A stretch of 25,575 bases of DNA from Candidatus Baldrarchaeum yapensis. Lineage in GTDB: Archaea > Asgardarchaeota > Baldrarchaeia > Baldrarchaeales > Baldrarchaeaceae. The stretch spans positions 1-25,575 of the forward strand of contig JAEOSH010000026.1 in assembly GCA_016840465.1 (NCBI GenBank), in the 5' to 3' direction. Below are positions 24,389-25,575 of this stretch, piece after piece (within the stretch, counting starts at the first letter, position 1; the number at the start of each line of letters is the position of its first letter). The notes beneath the pieces are model-generated. The model did no database searches. It was not told where the DNA came from and saw nothing but the letters and a program-made list of their open reading frames with translations. The position numbers were made by a program, and so were the translations under genes.

Positions 24389-25491
24389 CTTACAGGTCTC
24401 CACAGCAAGCCGAGATCGTCAGCTATTTTATAGGCTTCCTTCATTTCCTGATAGGTCGGACGTCGGTTTATGTCTTTATATGCTGGGTCTTTAGGAACGA
24501 GATGCATCGGCCTGTATTGTTCCATTATGTTAACTAGAGCATTGGGGCAGTGTTTTGCGATCCATTCGAGTACCGGCCTCGTGCAACACTCCACGTGGTT
24601 TGGAAGGACAAGATGTCGTATTATCATTTCGCCGCCGCCCTCTTCATATGCCAGCTTGTGGTTTCGTGAAACCACCTCGAAATAATTCTTAACCTTAGAA
24701 AGTCTTTCTGCGCACTCATCGTTTCCGTATTTAAAGTCAGGTAGCCAGAAATCTATCACATCAAGAAGCAACTTCATGGTCTCTTCGGAACAGTACATGT
24801 TACTATTCCACAGTTGTGTCACATTGACCTTCAGGTATTTCATCGCTTCCAGTATTACATGAAGATTGGGAGTAGGCTCTCCTCCAACGTAGTTTATGTT
24901 TCTTGCGCCCTCTCTGAAGAGTTCGGCTGCTATCGATGCCAATCTTTTTCCATCGACCTCGACTCCATTGTACGGGTCTGTACTAATATCGTAGTTTTGA
25001 CAGAAAACGCATTTGAAGGTACAAGATGTGAAGAATATGGTGCCGGAGGGCACAAGTGGAGCTTCTTCTCCGAGATGTAGAAATGCTGATGATACCCTTG
25101 ATGTTTTGTCAAGCCTGCAAAAGCCCGTTTTTCCATTCAATCTGTCGACTTGGCATCTTCTTTCGCAGAAATGACAGCTTTGGAGAATTCTTTTTGCGAT
25201 TTCTACTTTTAAGTCCAGATAAGATATCTCGGGAGTTTCGAGTTCGCCATATTTCAATTCCCCCTCGTCTATCTTTTTCATTGTTTCTCGGAATACTTTA
25301 CTTGCTCTATCATGCTCTCTCCATAGTTTTTCAAGTGAGTCGTTATCATCTATTTTGACCGGGATCTTCTTTGCAATAAGAAACTTCGCGATGTATTTAT
25401 TATTGAGGATGCCGTAGTAGCGTCTTAACCTCCTTTTCACTTCCTCATCTCTCCAAACTAGAATTGCATCAGGCCGATATATTCTCCACAT
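24385..25491 (-). CDS. Radical SAM protein, PflX-like (COG1313, PFL-activating-enzyme related)
   Basis: CHFCERRCQVDR...GFC, HLGEEAPLVPSGTIFF, CTFKCVFCQNYDIS, GGEPTP, WNSNMY, PDFKYGN, IIRHLVLP, NIMEQYRP. ATG 25491 (MWRIYRPD) preferred; the ORF track extends to 25527. Confidence 0.85.
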   Translation of the reverse strand: MWRIYRPDAILVWRDEEVKRRLRRYYGILNNKYIAKFLIAKKIPVKIDDNDSLEKLWREHDRASKVFRETMKKIDEGELKYGELETPEISYLDLKVEIAKRILQSCHFCERRCQVDRLNGKTGFCRLDKTSRVSSAFLHLGEEAPLVPSGTIFFTSCTFKCVFCQNYDISTDPYNGVEVDGKRLASIAAELFREGARNINYVGGEPTPNLHVILEAMKYLKVNVTQLWNSNMYCSEETMKLLLDVIDFWLPDFKYGNDECAERLSKVKNYFEVVSRNHKLAYEEGGGEMIIRHLVLPNHVECCTRPVLEWIAKHCPNALVNIMEQYRPMHLVPKDPAYKDINRRPTYQEMKEAYKIADDLGLLWRPVS

Positions 25492-25575
25492 GTTAATCCC
25501 CGTTCCCATATAACGCGGTATCATCACAATCGACTATATGACGTACAGTGGCTTCATTAACAATTTTCATGCGCA

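Noticed and set aside
5412-25358. Numerous antisense or alternate-frame ORFs in the track (for example 5412..5870, 6870..7427, 11137..11649, 15197..15661, 23328..23783)
   Set aside because: All overlap well-supported genes, lack family motifs and have composition typical of shadow frames.

Overview
Gene-dense archaeal chromosome window. Evidence: GGTGA/GAGGTG ribosome-binding sites, TATA-type promoters and archaeal gene families; the lineage cannot be fixed from sequence alone. Left to right: the 5' part of a phosphohexomutase gene missed by the ORF track; a ~2.5 kb accessory islet (Trp-rich heptad coiled-coil protein with a degenerate PD-(D/E)xK domain, a broken winged-HTH regulator, structured non-coding DNA, a VapBC-type toxin-antitoxin pair); divergent NAD salvage genes pncA/pncB; a 1408-aa Lhr helicase whose C-terminal ~528 aa is a tandem duplication (264-codon period) of an AlkZ/HTH_42-like module; a divergent Lhr-associated metallophosphoesterase; a Pro-rich coiled-coil protein that may start at ATA; a SerK-like ParB/Srx-fold gene overlapping an unrecognised 656-aa protein (ferredoxin-like + 2 wHTH + 2 ATP-cone + HEPN-like); a beta-CASP nuclease; an unannotated 42-aa ORF; a RecJ/GAN-like DHH nuclease; a Zn-ribbon protein; the AmmeMemoRadiSam radical SAM enzyme; fae-hps; trm11-rnz; a COG1223 AAA ATPase / UPF0200 kinase / DUF54 operon; thpR; and a PflX-like radical SAM enzyme. 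The best novelty candidates are the duplicated AlkZ-like Lhr tail (with nearby metallophosphoesterase and beta-CASP nuclease) and the SerK-coupled ATP-cone/HEPN-like multidomain protein. All family assignments come from motif recognition by eye; no database search was run.
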